From Candidatus Iainarchaeum sp. (lineage in GTDB: Archaea; Iainarchaeota; Iainarchaeia; Iainarchaeales; JAAZKV01), in the NCBI GenBank assembly GCA_026397015.1, contig JAPLVR010000003.1, forward strand, positions 224,001 to 288,000: a stretch of 64,000 nt of DNA, given 5' to 3'. This document shows positions 1 through 9,394 of this stretch, one piece after another (position 1 is the stretch's first letter; the number at the start of each line of letters is the position of its first letter). The notes beneath the pieces were generated by a model. The model was not told where the DNA came from. It saw nothing but the letters and a program-made list of their open reading frames with translations, and did not search any database. The position numbers were made by a program, and so were the translations under genes.

Positions 1-1
1 C

Positions 2-1021
2 TTTGAGAGGGCATTAAGGGCTTGCCTCCCGACAACGATAACAGTAAGCGAAGGCGGAAAAGAAATGGAAATAAATATTCTCGGGGTGGAGGACAACCTT
101 TGCAAATTAGAGGCAAAGACGGGCGATGAAAGCGGAACATACGAAATGATCTGCAAAATCCCCGACTTTTCTATGATAGGCTTGGGGCAATTCAAGCCGG
201 AAAAATACTGCGAGGGAACGCTGCTTGATTATATGGCAGGAAGTATAAGCCCAAAAACGTCAACAAGCAACCAGATACAAGCCCCATTAGAAGGACCAGA
301 GCTGATAATAGAGTCTGTGAAATGCGTATTTAATAATAACGCCAGTGGAACGCAGAAATGCTACGACAGCACAGGGGCATACGGGTGCGCAAATGAGCCT
401 AAAAGAGACAAAAGAGACTACTCAACAATGTGCACGCCCAAAACGGAACAGATTAAAGTCGGGGAAAGGATCGCAGTGAACGGCGGCGGGGCATATGAAG
501 GCAAAACACTGACAATAAACTTAACGGATACAACCGCCACAAACACCGACGAAACGACTATAAAAAGCGCATGGGCATTAAAAAACGGCGATGAAATGCT
601 GAAAACCGCCGAAACCATAAGGGGCAACACAAGCTCACAGGACGATCTCAGCTTGATATTCCGCGAATACATTGCCACAGGCACCTATATCCGCATCACG
701 GGCATAGTGCCAACAGGGGATAAATATGCCGTAACGCTGGTAACCACCTGCGAAACGTCCGATTACACTTCGTGCACTGCTGAAGTAAAGGGGGCCAAAG
801 GCACAAAGCTTACTTGGAAAAGCACATGCGGAGGATATGCATACACAACAGTGGACGGGGAAAACGAATATGCAGAATTCAAATGCGGATTCTGCGACAG
901 CTTAGACGAAGCGGGCTGTGAAAAAACAGAAGGATGCACCACCGTCCGTATTTCTGCACCACCAACAGGAGCAACAAGCGATACTGGTAAATTTGTTAGA
1001 TGCGAGGCGATAGTTCAATGA
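2..1021 (+). CDS. C-terminal part of a Cys-rich secreted/surface protein (5' end lies upstream of the window)
   Basis: Frame is open from base 2 through the ORF-track start at 65. Contains the module VKCVF..QKCY..C...CT.EVKG.KG.K.TWKSTCGGYAYT..DG.NEYAEF.C, also present twice in 25741..28380. Confidence 0.75.
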   Translation, partial: FERALRACLPTTITVSEGGKEMEINILGVEDNLCKLEAKTGDESGTYEMICKIPDFSMIGLGQFKPEKYCEGTLLDYMAGSISPKTSTSNQIQAPLEGPELIIESVKCVFNNNASGTQKCYDSTGAYGCANEPKRDKRDYSTMCTPKTEQIKVGERIAVNGGGAYEGKTLTINLTDTTATNTDETTIKSAWALKNGDEMLKTAETIRGNTSSQDDLSLIFREYIATGTYIRITGIVPTGDKYAVTLVTTCETSDYTSCTAEVKGAKGTKLTWKSTCGGYAYTTVDGENEYAEFKCGFCDSLDEAGCEKTEGCTTVRISAPPTGATSDTGKFVRCEAIVQ

Positions 1022-1215
1022 AAAAAATAATCGCAATAATGTTTGTCGGATTGCTTTTGGTAAGCATGATTTTCATTAACGGATGTACGGCTCCGGCTGA
1101 AGACGACAAGCCAAAAAATGATAATGAAGCAAGCAATGCCCTTTCAGACATGGGGAGCGATATCAAAGGAATAGGCGGCACGCTTGATGAAATCGACCAA
1201 AACTTCGGCCAATGA
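1018..1215 (+). CDS. Small putative lipoprotein
   Basis: ATG at 1018 overlaps the upstream stop (ATGA). MKKIIA + hydrophobic core + INGC lipobox-like motif, then an acidic tail. Confidence 0.7.
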   Translation: MKKIIAIMFVGLLLVSMIFINGCTAPAEDDKPKNDNEASNALSDMGSDIKGIGGTLDEIDQNFGQ

Positions 1216-1291
1216 CCAACAATAAACCAAAAATGCACTCTCAAACTTCTTTTCTTATTATTTTATTAATCTCTTTGCGCAGGATTAATTC

Positions 1292-2170
1292 ATGCGAAAA
1301 ACTTTTTTCCCGCCGCAATTCATCGAAAAATACAAAAAATTCTGCGGAAGCGAGTGGGGCGGCTTCTTCGAGTGCATTCAAAGAAAACAGCCGAAAGCAT
1401 TTTGGGTTAACACGGACAGGGCAACCGTCGAAGAGGTGAAAAAATCCCTCACCGCACAAAAAATAAAATTCGGACAGCTGCCCTTTCACGAGCAGGCATT
1501 TGCAATCGAGCTTCAAAGGCCCGGGAATTTGAGGGAATTCAAGGAAGGAAAAATTTCAATACAGGAAAAAGCGGCGATGCTGCCCGTGCTGGCGCTTGCG
1601 CCTACAAAAAAAGATTATGTTTTGGATGCATGCGCTGCACCGGGAGTGAAAACGATTCAATTGAGCAATTTTGCTGGAAAAGTGCTTGCGGTTGATGTGA
1701 ACAGCACGAGGATAAAGAGCCTGCTTTACAACAAAAAAGTTTTCGGGCTGAAAAATGTTGAGGTGGCGCGTAGCGACGCCAGAAATGTGAAGGAAACATT
1801 CGACAAAATACTGCTGGATGCGCCGTGCTCAAGCGAGGGGCTTGTAAGGAAAAGAATGGATGCGCTGGAGGGATGGTCGCAGAAGCTCGTACAAAGGAAA
1901 GCAAAGGTGCAAAAAGGGCTTATTTTGGGGGCGTTTGATTTATTGAAACCGAAGGGCGAAATGGTTTATGCAACATGCTCTTTCGCGCCGGAAGAGAATG
2001 AGGAAGTCGTGAAACTGCTGCTGGACAAGAGGAAAAATGCGGAGGTTCTGCCTGTTGAATTTAAAGGAGTTAAAATAAGGGAGAATAATTTGTGCAAAAA
2101 TTGCATTCGGCTTTGGCCGCAGGACAATGATACGCAGCAGTTCTTCTTCGCAAAAATTAGGAAAAATTAA
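1292..2170 (+). CDS. RsmB/NOP2-family RNA cytosine-C5 methyltransferase
   Basis: Motifs VLDACAAPG.KT, ILLDAPCS and YATCS (both catalytic Cys), PEENE. Confidence 0.93.
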   Translation: MRKTFFPPQFIEKYKKFCGSEWGGFFECIQRKQPKAFWVNTDRATVEEVKKSLTAQKIKFGQLPFHEQAFAIELQRPGNLREFKEGKISIQEKAAMLPVLALAPTKKDYVLDACAAPGVKTIQLSNFAGKVLAVDVNSTRIKSLLYNKKVFGLKNVEVARSDARNVKETFDKILLDAPCSSEGLVRKRMDALEGWSQKLVQRKAKVQKGLILGAFDLLKPKGEMVYATCSFAPEENEEVVKLLLDKRKNAEVLPVEFKGVKIRENNLCKNCIRLWPQDNDTQQFFFAKIRKN

Positions 2171-3277
2171 TTAGGGGATTATTTCGGCACAATTATATTT
2201 TAGGAATTCGAGCTGCTTCTTTTTTATTTTTCCGGAGGCGAGCAGCTTTTTTATTTCCGGAGAGATTCTTTCCATTTCACGGAGCAGATGTTTTACCGTT
2301 GCGCAAAGCTCATTTCTCCCTCTTTCCAGCCAGGGCTTTGTGATGTTTGAGTAAAGGCAGCGGCCGCCGCAGAGCCCGAAATCGGCACAGGAAACGCAGG
2401 GCTCTTTCACGGTTAATTTGAAAGGCAAATCGGTTGGATTCGAAGTCCGGATATCGCCGAGGTAGTAATCATTCATGCCGGACATTATGGGGCAGGCAGA
2501 AATCTTTCCGTTCGGGAGGATTGTGAAATTCCCTATTCCTGAGCCGCATCTCAAATAATACTTTTTTCCAAAAATAAGTGAATTAATTATTCCCATAAAC
2601 GGGTAAAGGCGCAGGACTTTTCCTTTCTTCAACTCTTTCAGCCAAAAATTCGCAAGCTTTGTTATTTGCTTGTTGTAATTCTTCGACCATTCCGGAAAGT
2701 TCCTTTTTTTATAGTCGTGCCACATGTTCGCATCAAGCTGCCAGTGGATTGAAACGAAAGGAAATTCCTTGTTTTTGAGCAGATGCATTAAGTCCTTGTA
2801 AAAATCGGTCGGCTCTTCGACGCACATCCGAGCGATTATTTCGCCTTTGAAGCCGTTCTTCTTCAGCAACTTTAAATTTGAAATTATTTTTTCATATGTT
2901 CCTTCGCCCCTGTTTCTGTCGGTCGTTTCCTTTGTGCCGTCAATGGAAACAAGTACTGTGTGAAATTTGTTTGAATACTTTGTGGGAAGCTTGTCGAAAA
3001 GAATTCCGTTGGTTTGAATCAGAAAATTTCTTGCTTTTGTAGAATCCATTATTTGCTTTATCGAATCGATTTCAAGCAGCGGCTCGCCGCCGTAAAAAAT
3101 TATTGAAACTCCTTCCTTGTCCTTTGAAAGAAAATTGTTGAGCTCTTGCATTGAGTATTGGATTTTTTGGGGAACTTGCTCGAATTTCAAATCGATTTCG
3201 GGTTCGTCAAAGGCTTTTTCGCAGCAGTATTTGCAGCACAAATTACATTCCGGAGTCGTTATTATGTGATAAATCAT
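2171..3277 (-). CDS. Radical SAM/SPASM protein, resembling the archaeal TIGR04084 (AF0577) family
   Basis: CNLCCKYC, FYGGEPLL, QTNG, SIDG; SPASM cysteines RCGSG..SACP..CVSC...LCGGRC..LC. Start set at MIYHII after a GGTGG SD-like site. Confidence 0.88.
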   Translation of the reverse strand: MIYHIITTPECNLCCKYCCEKAFDEPEIDLKFEQVPQKIQYSMQELNNFLSKDKEGVSIIFYGGEPLLEIDSIKQIMDSTKARNFLIQTNGILFDKLPTKYSNKFHTVLVSIDGTKETTDRNRGEGTYEKIISNLKLLKKNGFKGEIIARMCVEEPTDFYKDLMHLLKNKEFPFVSIHWQLDANMWHDYKKRNFPEWSKNYNKQITKLANFWLKELKKGKVLRLYPFMGIINSLIFGKKYYLRCGSGIGNFTILPNGKISACPIMSGMNDYYLGDIRTSNPTDLPFKLTVKEPCVSCADFGLCGGRCLYSNITKPWLERGRNELCATVKHLLREMERISPEIKKLLASGKIKKKQLEFLKYNCAEIIP

Positions 3278-3323
3278 AAAAAAAACCACCATTTCAATCA
3301 AATGAAAAATCTGAAATTAAAAG

Positions 3324-4196
3324 CTAAAATGCCGTTTCAAAGCTTAATCCTTTGGTATATCTATTCAAGCCAACCATTTTTTCTGGAATTTTTTCCCTGT
3401 CGGCGAATTTCTTGTAATCTAAAACTTTTTTCTTCCGAAGGAAGAGCGGAAGCTTTGAGGCGACGCCGTTGCCGCCGATGCAGCCGCCTTTGCAGAACAA
3501 AATGTCATAAAAAATTTTGTCGGAATGCGTTTCAAATAGTTTTAGCAAATCTGCGCAACCATCGCGGGAAACAGTCTCCCCCTCTTTCAAAATATCTTTT
3601 GAATGCAGTGTTTTACCGAGTCCCCCGGAGAGCGGGTAAATTTTAGTGTAATCGTTGTAGAAGCGGTCGAACAGATGCGAGCGACCGGACTTTTTTGGCT
3701 TTTCTTTTTCAATAATTCCTTTCATTTCCCTAAAAGTAAGCGCTGCTGAAATCAACCTGCCATTTTTTGCTTCAATTTTTTTCGCGGAGCAGGGGGCAAG
3801 AAAAACGATTTTGTGCTTCGGATATTCCTTATGAAGTATCTTTGCCATTGAAATCACTGGAGAATCAAAAGGCAAAAGGAATTTTTTTAATTCAGGGTGA
3901 CGGTTTTTCACCATTTCAACGGAAGTAGGGCAGACAGAGGAAATGAATTTCTCGTAGCCTTTCTTTCCTTTATTTTCTTTTATGTATTTGTGATAGTGTT
4001 CATTTACTATTTTTGCGCCGAAAGTGAGCTCGGTTATCCTGTCGAAGCCGAGCCCTTTCATCAAGGGAACAAAAGAAAGATAATCGAAGTCGACAACAAA
4101 AGAGGGCGCCGCCATCAAGCAAACTTTTTGCTTTTCATTCAAAAGCGACAGAACTTTTTTCTGGTCAGTGGAATAACTAAAATTTAGATCGACCAT
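3324..4196 (-). CDS. Minimal [FeFe]-hydrogenase-like protein (H-domain only, 290 aa)
   Basis: L1-like ISSVCP, L2-like APCSAKKIE and L3-like DILFCKGGCIGGNG motifs; N-terminal AAPSF and ELTFGA segments typical of the H-domain; no ferredoxin domain. Confidence 0.85.
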   Translation of the reverse strand: MVDLNFSYSTDQKKVLSLLNEKQKVCLMAAPSFVVDFDYLSFVPLMKGLGFDRITELTFGAKIVNEHYHKYIKENKGKKGYEKFISSVCPTSVEMVKNRHPELKKFLLPFDSPVISMAKILHKEYPKHKIVFLAPCSAKKIEAKNGRLISAALTFREMKGIIEKEKPKKSGRSHLFDRFYNDYTKIYPLSGGLGKTLHSKDILKEGETVSRDGCADLLKLFETHSDKIFYDILFCKGGCIGGNGVASKLPLFLRKKKVLDYKKFADREKIPEKMVGLNRYTKGLSFETAF

Positions 4197-4222
4197 CCTA
4201 AATGAGATGGAAAAGAAAGTAT

Positions 4223-5485
4223 TTATTTGTTGGGTTTGCGCTTCAGAACGAAAACCTTGTCATTCGGCCTGCATCTGCCGGAAACTTTTATTCCAACGAA
4301 TTCGCCTTGCCTAGCTTTTTTTATTTTCTTATGGTTGATTTCCATTGAGTCGAGTTTTTGCTCGATAAAAGTAGTTACGCCTTCAATAATTAATTTTTCA
4401 CCGGCAGAGAGCGGAGCAAAGAGTTTTACTTCTGCCACGCCCGGCTTAACAAAATAATGGGTTATGATGCCTACGTTAAATCTCTTCTGTGTTTGGACTG
4501 AACCCTGTCCTTTAGCTAAATCTTTTTCATCAGGAACGGAAAAAAAGAAACCATTTGAGAAGCCGCGGTTGTAAACTTTTTCAAGTTCTGAGTTCCAACG
4601 GGCAATTTTTTCTTTTGAAAAAGTGCCTTCAAAAACGGAGTCGATTGCCTGACGGTAACAGCGCGTTGCAACTGCAATGTAATCGGAAGGCTTTGTCCGC
4701 CCTTCAATTTTAAGCGAATCAACCCCCACCCAGATTATTTTGTCCAAAAAATCTATTGTTTTCAGGTCTTTGGCGGAAAGGATGGTGCTTCCGTCCAAAA
4801 AAATCTCCTTCTTTTCGAAATTCGGGAAGTCGCCGTCCAAAAAGTAGGCGCGGCGGCAGGGCTGGAGGCATTGTCCGCGGTTCGCGCTTCTTCCAAACAG
4901 TTCATGGCTAAGGAAGCAGCGGCCGGAAACGGAAATGCACATGGCGCCATGAATGAAACACTCAACTTCAATCCCAAGCTTTTTTGCAATTTTCTTTATT
5001 TTTGAAATCTGTTTCAGGCTGAGTTCGCGGGCGAGAATTATTCTTTTTATTCCTAGGGATGAGTATTGCTTCAATGCTTCCGAGTTGGAAACGCTGGCCT
5101 GCGTGCTGAGGAACGGTTTTAGTTTGAATTTTTTTGCGAGCGAAAGGACGGAAAAATCCCACAAAATTACGCCGTCAACTTTTGCCCTTTTTGCTTCCTT
5201 TAATATTTTTTCCACTTGCTTTATTTCCCCGTCAAAAATTATTGTATTCAGCGCAAGGTAGCCTTTCATGTCGCTCGCGTGAAGGGAAGCCATTAATTTC
5301 TTCATGTCGCTGGCGGAGAAGTTGGTGCCGAGGTCGCGCATATTGAAGCCGCGGACGCCGAAGTAAACCGCATCGGCGCCGTTCGTGGCTGCGGCTATCG
5401 CCGAGGCAAAGTCGCCGACGCCCACGCACAATTCGGGCTTTTTCGACATTGGAATCTTTTTTGCAGTTGAGTGATTACGGCGCAT
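4223..5485 (-). CDS. U32-family Fe-S protein (TrhP/RlhA/UbiU-like putative O2-independent hydroxylase)
   Basis: GADAVYFG, STQAS..N, LARELSL, HGAMCISVSGRCFLS, NRGQCLQPCR, LKIEGR; C-terminal beta-barrel. Alternative start at 5449. Confidence 0.92.
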   Translation of the reverse strand: MRRNHSTAKKIPMSKKPELCVGVGDFASAIAAATNGADAVYFGVRGFNMRDLGTNFSASDMKKLMASLHASDMKGYLALNTIIFDGEIKQVEKILKEAKRAKVDGVILWDFSVLSLAKKFKLKPFLSTQASVSNSEALKQYSSLGIKRIILARELSLKQISKIKKIAKKLGIEVECFIHGAMCISVSGRCFLSHELFGRSANRGQCLQPCRRAYFLDGDFPNFEKKEIFLDGSTILSAKDLKTIDFLDKIIWVGVDSLKIEGRTKPSDYIAVATRCYRQAIDSVFEGTFSKEKIARWNSELEKVYNRGFSNGFFFSVPDEKDLAKGQGSVQTQKRFNVGIITHYFVKPGVAEVKLFAPLSAGEKLIIEGVTTFIEQKLDSMEINHKKIKKARQGEFVGIKVSGRCRPNDKVFVLKRKPNK

Positions 5486-5491
5486 GATAGC

Positions 5492-5523
5492 ATAAATTAA
5501 ATAAAGAAACGCTTATAATTTTC
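5492..5523. promoter_or_regulatory. Overlapping divergent archaeal TATA promoters (U32 operon / ABC permeases)
   Basis: TTAAATA at 5497-5503 lies ~25 nt before ATG 5529 (+). On the minus strand, AAAATTATAAG lies ~25-30 nt before ATG 5485. Confidence 0.5.
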
Positions 5524-5528
5524 TGCAT

Positions 5529-6722
5529 ATGAACGCGATTGACATAACCGAGTTTGTAATAAAGACGTTCAGGGAGGGCAAACTTAGGACGTTTCTTACA
5601 CTTGTGGGGATAGTAATAGGCGTTGCGGCGATAACGACTCTTTTTTCAGTGGGCACTTCGTTGAATGCGACTATCGAAAACGTTTTTCTCGCATTTGGGA
5701 CCGACATGATTTACATAGAACCGGGAATGAGCATAAGCGAAATGATGACGACAAAGATAAGCGACGACGCGATAAAACTTGCTGAAGGGGTAAGGGGCGT
5801 AAAAGAAGTAATTCCCTTTTATGAGACGAGCAGCGTCGGAAAAATTGGAAGCACGGAAAGTGGTTTTTTTATATTCGGAATTGACCCGGCCAAATTTGCA
5901 ACGTTCGATGAGTCTGGTTATTTCACCGTGCTGGAAGGCAGACCGCTGAATAAGGGCGAGATATATTCAGTGCTTACATATAAAGACGCGCTAAAAAAAT
6001 CTTTCGGAAAGGAAATAAAACTCGGGCAGTCAATTGAATTCAACAAAAAAAAGTTCAAAATAGTCGGATTTCTCGCGGAAAACTCGATGATGAGCGTGAG
6101 CCTCGGAGGAACCAATCTGCTGATAGTAAGCGACACGGCTGCAAAGGAATTGTTCGATACAAAAGATGCGATGGAAGCGGCTGTGACAGTGTTTGAAGGC
6201 TATGACTTAACAGATGTCGGCAGCAAAATTGAAACCAAACTGGATGACAAATACGGAAAAGGGGTTTACACAATTCTGACGCCGGACGAGGCATTAGCGC
6301 AGGTCGGCCAAATAATACTTATTGTGCAGGTGGTGCTAGGGTTCATTGCATTCATTTCGCTTATCGTCGGAGGAATAGGAATAATCAACACGATGGTAAT
6401 GAATGTGAATGAAAGGGTTCAGGAAATAGGGACTATGAAAGCTATAGGCGCGACAAATACTACGATTGAAATGTTGTTTCTTTTTGAAGCGCTGATAATG
6501 GGGCTCGGGGGCGGACTGATAGGAGTTGTGATAGGATACATAATGACTTTTGCAGTGGTGCTGGTTGCAGGCGCAACAGGATTCCCGATGATTTTTACCA
6601 TTGACTGGGGGCTTGCAGGCGGAATGATTATTTTTGCGTGCGCAATGGGCGCGGTAGCGGGAATAATTCCCGCAAGAATTGCCGCATCAATGGAACCTAC
6701 AAAAGCGCTGAGGTACGAGTAA
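5529..6722 (+). CDS. MacB/FtsX-family ABC transporter permease
   Basis: RTFLTLVGIVIGVAA; GGIGIINTM...ERVQEIGTMKAIGA; PARIAASMEP.KALRYE. Confidence 0.93.
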   Translation: MNAIDITEFVIKTFREGKLRTFLTLVGIVIGVAAITTLFSVGTSLNATIENVFLAFGTDMIYIEPGMSISEMMTTKISDDAIKLAEGVRGVKEVIPFYETSSVGKIGSTESGFFIFGIDPAKFATFDESGYFTVLEGRPLNKGEIYSVLTYKDALKKSFGKEIKLGQSIEFNKKKFKIVGFLAENSMMSVSLGGTNLLIVSDTAAKELFDTKDAMEAAVTVFEGYDLTDVGSKIETKLDDKYGKGVYTILTPDEALAQVGQIILIVQVVLGFIAFISLIVGGIGIINTMVMNVNERVQEIGTMKAIGATNTTIEMLFLFEALIMGLGGGLIGVVIGYIMTFAVVLVAGATGFPMIFTIDWGLAGGMIIFACAMGAVAGIIPARIAASMEPTKALRYE

Positions 6723-6766
6723 ATATGTTTTGGGCGCAAACAAATATTTTTTGGGTGGCGAGTTAA

Positions 6767-7954
6767 ATGATTGACTTGGAACTTGTTAGGAGAGGATTTG
6801 GCAACATAAAAAATTACGGGCTCAGGAGCGCGCTCACAATACTTGGAATAATTGTTGCTGTTGCGTTAATAGTTGCGCTGATTTCAATAAGCAACGGTTT
6901 TTCCGCGAGCATTGACAAGCAGTTCGAATCGTTCGGAACGAACACCCTTATAGTAATGCCGGGAAAGAGTTCCATGGAAGGAATGTTTGCAAAACTTCAG
7001 GAAGGAGACGGAGCCGTTATTGAAAAAGTTTCAAGGGTAAAACTCGCGGTTGAAATATTTACCTCTTCCGTTGACGTAACTTTCAAAGGCGAAACAAAAA
7101 GAACGCCTGTTTACGGGGGATCGAGAAAAAACTTTTCAAATCTTGAATTCAATAATTTTATCACAATAGGGGAAGGAGCGCTCATACAAAAACAGAGCGG
7201 GCTGTTGGTCGGAGGGAAGTTTGCAACTGAAAAATTTGACAAAGAAATAACTCTCGGGTCGATGCTCCAACTGGGCGGAAAAGAATTCAATGTTGTCGGG
7301 ATTCTCAAAACATCGCAAAATTTCACATCTTCGATGTTTTCAAGCGCAATACTGATGGATTCTGATGAACTTAAGAAAATTCAACCGAGTATAGTGCCTT
7401 CAAGAATATTCGTGAAATTTGACGATACCGCAGATGTCGAAGAAATTAAAGACAAAATTACAAAAAAACTGAAGGATGCGCATGGAAAAGAAGATTTCAG
7501 GATAGTTGATTCGAAACAGCTGGCCCAATCGGCGACTTCCGTACTTGGAACAATACAGGTGGTGGTGCTCGGAATCGCATTCATTTCCCTCCTTGTGGGT
7601 GCAATCGGTGTAATGAATTTAATGTTCATGAACGTAAGCAACAGAACAAAAGAAATAGGGACTATGAAAGCGATAGGCGCGACCAATTATCAGGTGATGG
7701 TAATTTTCCTGACGGAAGCAATGCTTATCGGCACAATAGGGGGGCTAATAGGGGCGACAATCGGCATCGCGGTCGGAATTGCTTCGGAAGCGGTTGCAAA
7801 TGCCGCCGGGTTCGAACTGATACCGGTAATGGGAATCGATTTGATTTTGTTTGCAATATTTTTTGCCGGAATCATAGGGATACTTTCAGGCGTGCTGCCT
7901 GCAATAAGGGCTTCGCGGCTTGATCCTGTTGACGCAATAAGGCAAAGCAACTGA
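6767..7954 (+). CDS. MacB/FtsX-family ABC transporter permease (paralog)
   Basis: RSALTILGI; GVMNLM...RTKEIGTMKAIGA; PAIRASRLDPVDAIR. Confidence 0.93.
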   Translation: MIDLELVRRGFGNIKNYGLRSALTILGIIVAVALIVALISISNGFSASIDKQFESFGTNTLIVMPGKSSMEGMFAKLQEGDGAVIEKVSRVKLAVEIFTSSVDVTFKGETKRTPVYGGSRKNFSNLEFNNFITIGEGALIQKQSGLLVGGKFATEKFDKEITLGSMLQLGGKEFNVVGILKTSQNFTSSMFSSAILMDSDELKKIQPSIVPSRIFVKFDDTADVEEIKDKITKKLKDAHGKEDFRIVDSKQLAQSATSVLGTIQVVVLGIAFISLLVGAIGVMNLMFMNVSNRTKEIGTMKAIGATNYQVMVIFLTEAMLIGTIGGLIGATIGIAVGIASEAVANAAGFELIPVMGIDLILFAIFFAGIIGILSGVLPAIRASRLDPVDAIRQSN

Positions 7955-8009
7955 CACGCGAAACGAAATTGATCAATGGGCAATCGGGCTGAAAAAAATA
8001 AAAAATGTT

Positions 8010-8291
8010 TTACAGCGCGAGAATAATTCTTCTGATGTCGAGAAGCAGAGCCATTATTGAAACCATGAGCGCAATTTGAAGGTAAATAAAAATCTGGGAT
8101 TTTGGGAGTCCTGCCTGAATTGAGATTGCACCAAACATTATGCCGCCCAAAAAAACAAGAACAATTTTTACGAGAGAATGATGAGAAGTCCTTTCCCCGT
8201 CGAGGAACGACGAATTATGGTGGACCAAGCGCTCAAGGCTTCGCTGTTTTAAGGAAAATTTTTTTGAAAAGCCCCCGCTTTTTTGAACCAT
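8010..8291 (-). CDS. Small two-TM membrane protein, unknown function
   Basis: ATG start, two hydrophobic helices in the C-terminal half; minus-strand AAAAGCTTAAATAG promoter-like motif ~25 nt upstream. Confidence 0.65.
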   Translation of the reverse strand: MVQKSGGFSKKFSLKQRSLERLVHHNSSFLDGERTSHHSLVKIVLVFLGGIMFGAISIQAGLPKSQIFIYLQIALMVSIMALLLDIRRIILAL

Positions 8292-8408
8292 AAAATAATT
8301 ACTCGCCTCTCCTATTTAAGCTTTTGTTTGCCAAAATTTAGCGCCGATTTTCAAAAAATTTCTCGTGCCCTTCAGGTTTTTTAAATGTTTCCAGGCACTT
8401 TTTCTGCT

Positions 8409-8837
8409 ATGGGCATAACATATTTTTCTCTGCAGGGCGCAAATGAAAAAATACAAAAAATAAAGCCGATTATAGAAAGGATGCGCCAGCTTGTCGAGGA
8501 GCTTGATTTTCTTGATAACACAAAAATAGAACTAGAAAATGAGAGTACGGAAAGCCTTATGCTCGAGGTTGCATTGAACAAAAGCTTCCACGAAAAAAAT
8601 CTGGAATTGTATTCCCTGATAGAAAAGGTGATACGCGAAGGCTGCATAGTAAGGGACTTGCAAAGCATGGAAATCGATTTTTATTCAAAATTGGGGGAGC
8701 GAAATATTCTCCTGTGCTGGAAACGCGGAGAGGAAAAAGTACAGTGCTGGCACGAAACATTCGAGGATTGCTCGAAAAGGAAACCCGCCGTTTTAATCGA
8801 AAAAAATTACTTTGAGCAGCTCAAAAGGCTGCGGTAA
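8409..8837 (+). CDS. DUF2203-family protein
   Basis: YFSLQGANEKI N-terminus; IDFY..LGERNILLCWKRGEEKVQCWH.......RKP signature. TTTTAAAT at ~8379-8386 favours the ATG at 8409. Confidence 0.8.
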   Translation: MGITYFSLQGANEKIQKIKPIIERMRQLVEELDFLDNTKIELENESTESLMLEVALNKSFHEKNLELYSLIEKVIREGCIVRDLQSMEIDFYSKLGERNILLCWKRGEEKVQCWHETFEDCSKRKPAVLIEKNYFEQLKRLR

Positions 8838-8919
8838 ACCGATGTTTTTGCGGAGGCTGGAAAAGCTGCGTCCTCATAAAGACTTTTAAAGCTTTCTTAA
8901 TTAGAATCTGTTTGAAAAT

Positions 8920-9096
8920 AATTGCTTGGTAGCCATCGGCAGGTTAATTTTTTGGACGCGGGCTTTTATGGTTTTTAAAGGCCTAAGAAACGGAAGAGGG
9001 GCGGAGTTGCGTAATCATTGGGAAAATAACCTTTTATGGAAGTAAAAGCGCGTTATTTTTCCATTTAGCCTTTTTGCTGATGAATTGCTTGGCAGT
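8920..9096. mobile_element. Putative MITE-like insertion or structured leader upstream of rpoH
   Basis: Imperfect 14-bp direct repeats AATTGCTTGGTAGC (8920-8933) and AATTGCTTGGCAGT (9083-9096) flank inverted ends CATCGGCA (8934-8941) / TGCTGATG (9075-9082); two internal hairpins. Confidence 0.45.
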
Positions 9097-9120
9097 TACA
9101 AGCGCGAGCCTGGTGATTGA

Positions 9121-9351
9121 TTGGACTTTGAAATCAAAGATCATTATTTGGTTCCTGAGCACGTCCTAATTAGGAAGGAAAAGGTCGAAGAGTTAATGGC
9201 CGGGCTAGGAATAAGAAAAGAATCTTTGCCGAGAATTTCGAAAGTTGATCCTGCAATAAAACTTTTAAAACCGAAAAAAGGCGACGTTGTAAAAATAATC
9301 CGCGATTCGATAACCGCCGGGCAGACGGTATACTACAGGATTGTGGAGTAA
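9121..9351 (+). CDS. rpoH: RNA polymerase subunit Rpo5 (H)
   Basis: HYLVPEH, LPRI...DPA, GDVVKIIRDSITAG...YYRIV; TTG start after GGTGA. Confidence 0.96.
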   Translation: MDFEIKDHYLVPEHVLIRKEKVEELMAGLGIRKESLPRISKVDPAIKLLKPKKGDVVKIIRDSITAGQTVYYRIVE

Positions 9352-9394
9352 AATTTTTTGATTTCGGAACGATGAAGGATTGTGAGGGGTTTTT

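Noticed and set aside
1018-1215. Small ORF as the precursor peptide for the radical SAM/SPASM enzyme
   Set aside because: It looks like an ordinary lipoprotein, lies on the opposite strand and is coupled to the upstream surface-protein gene.
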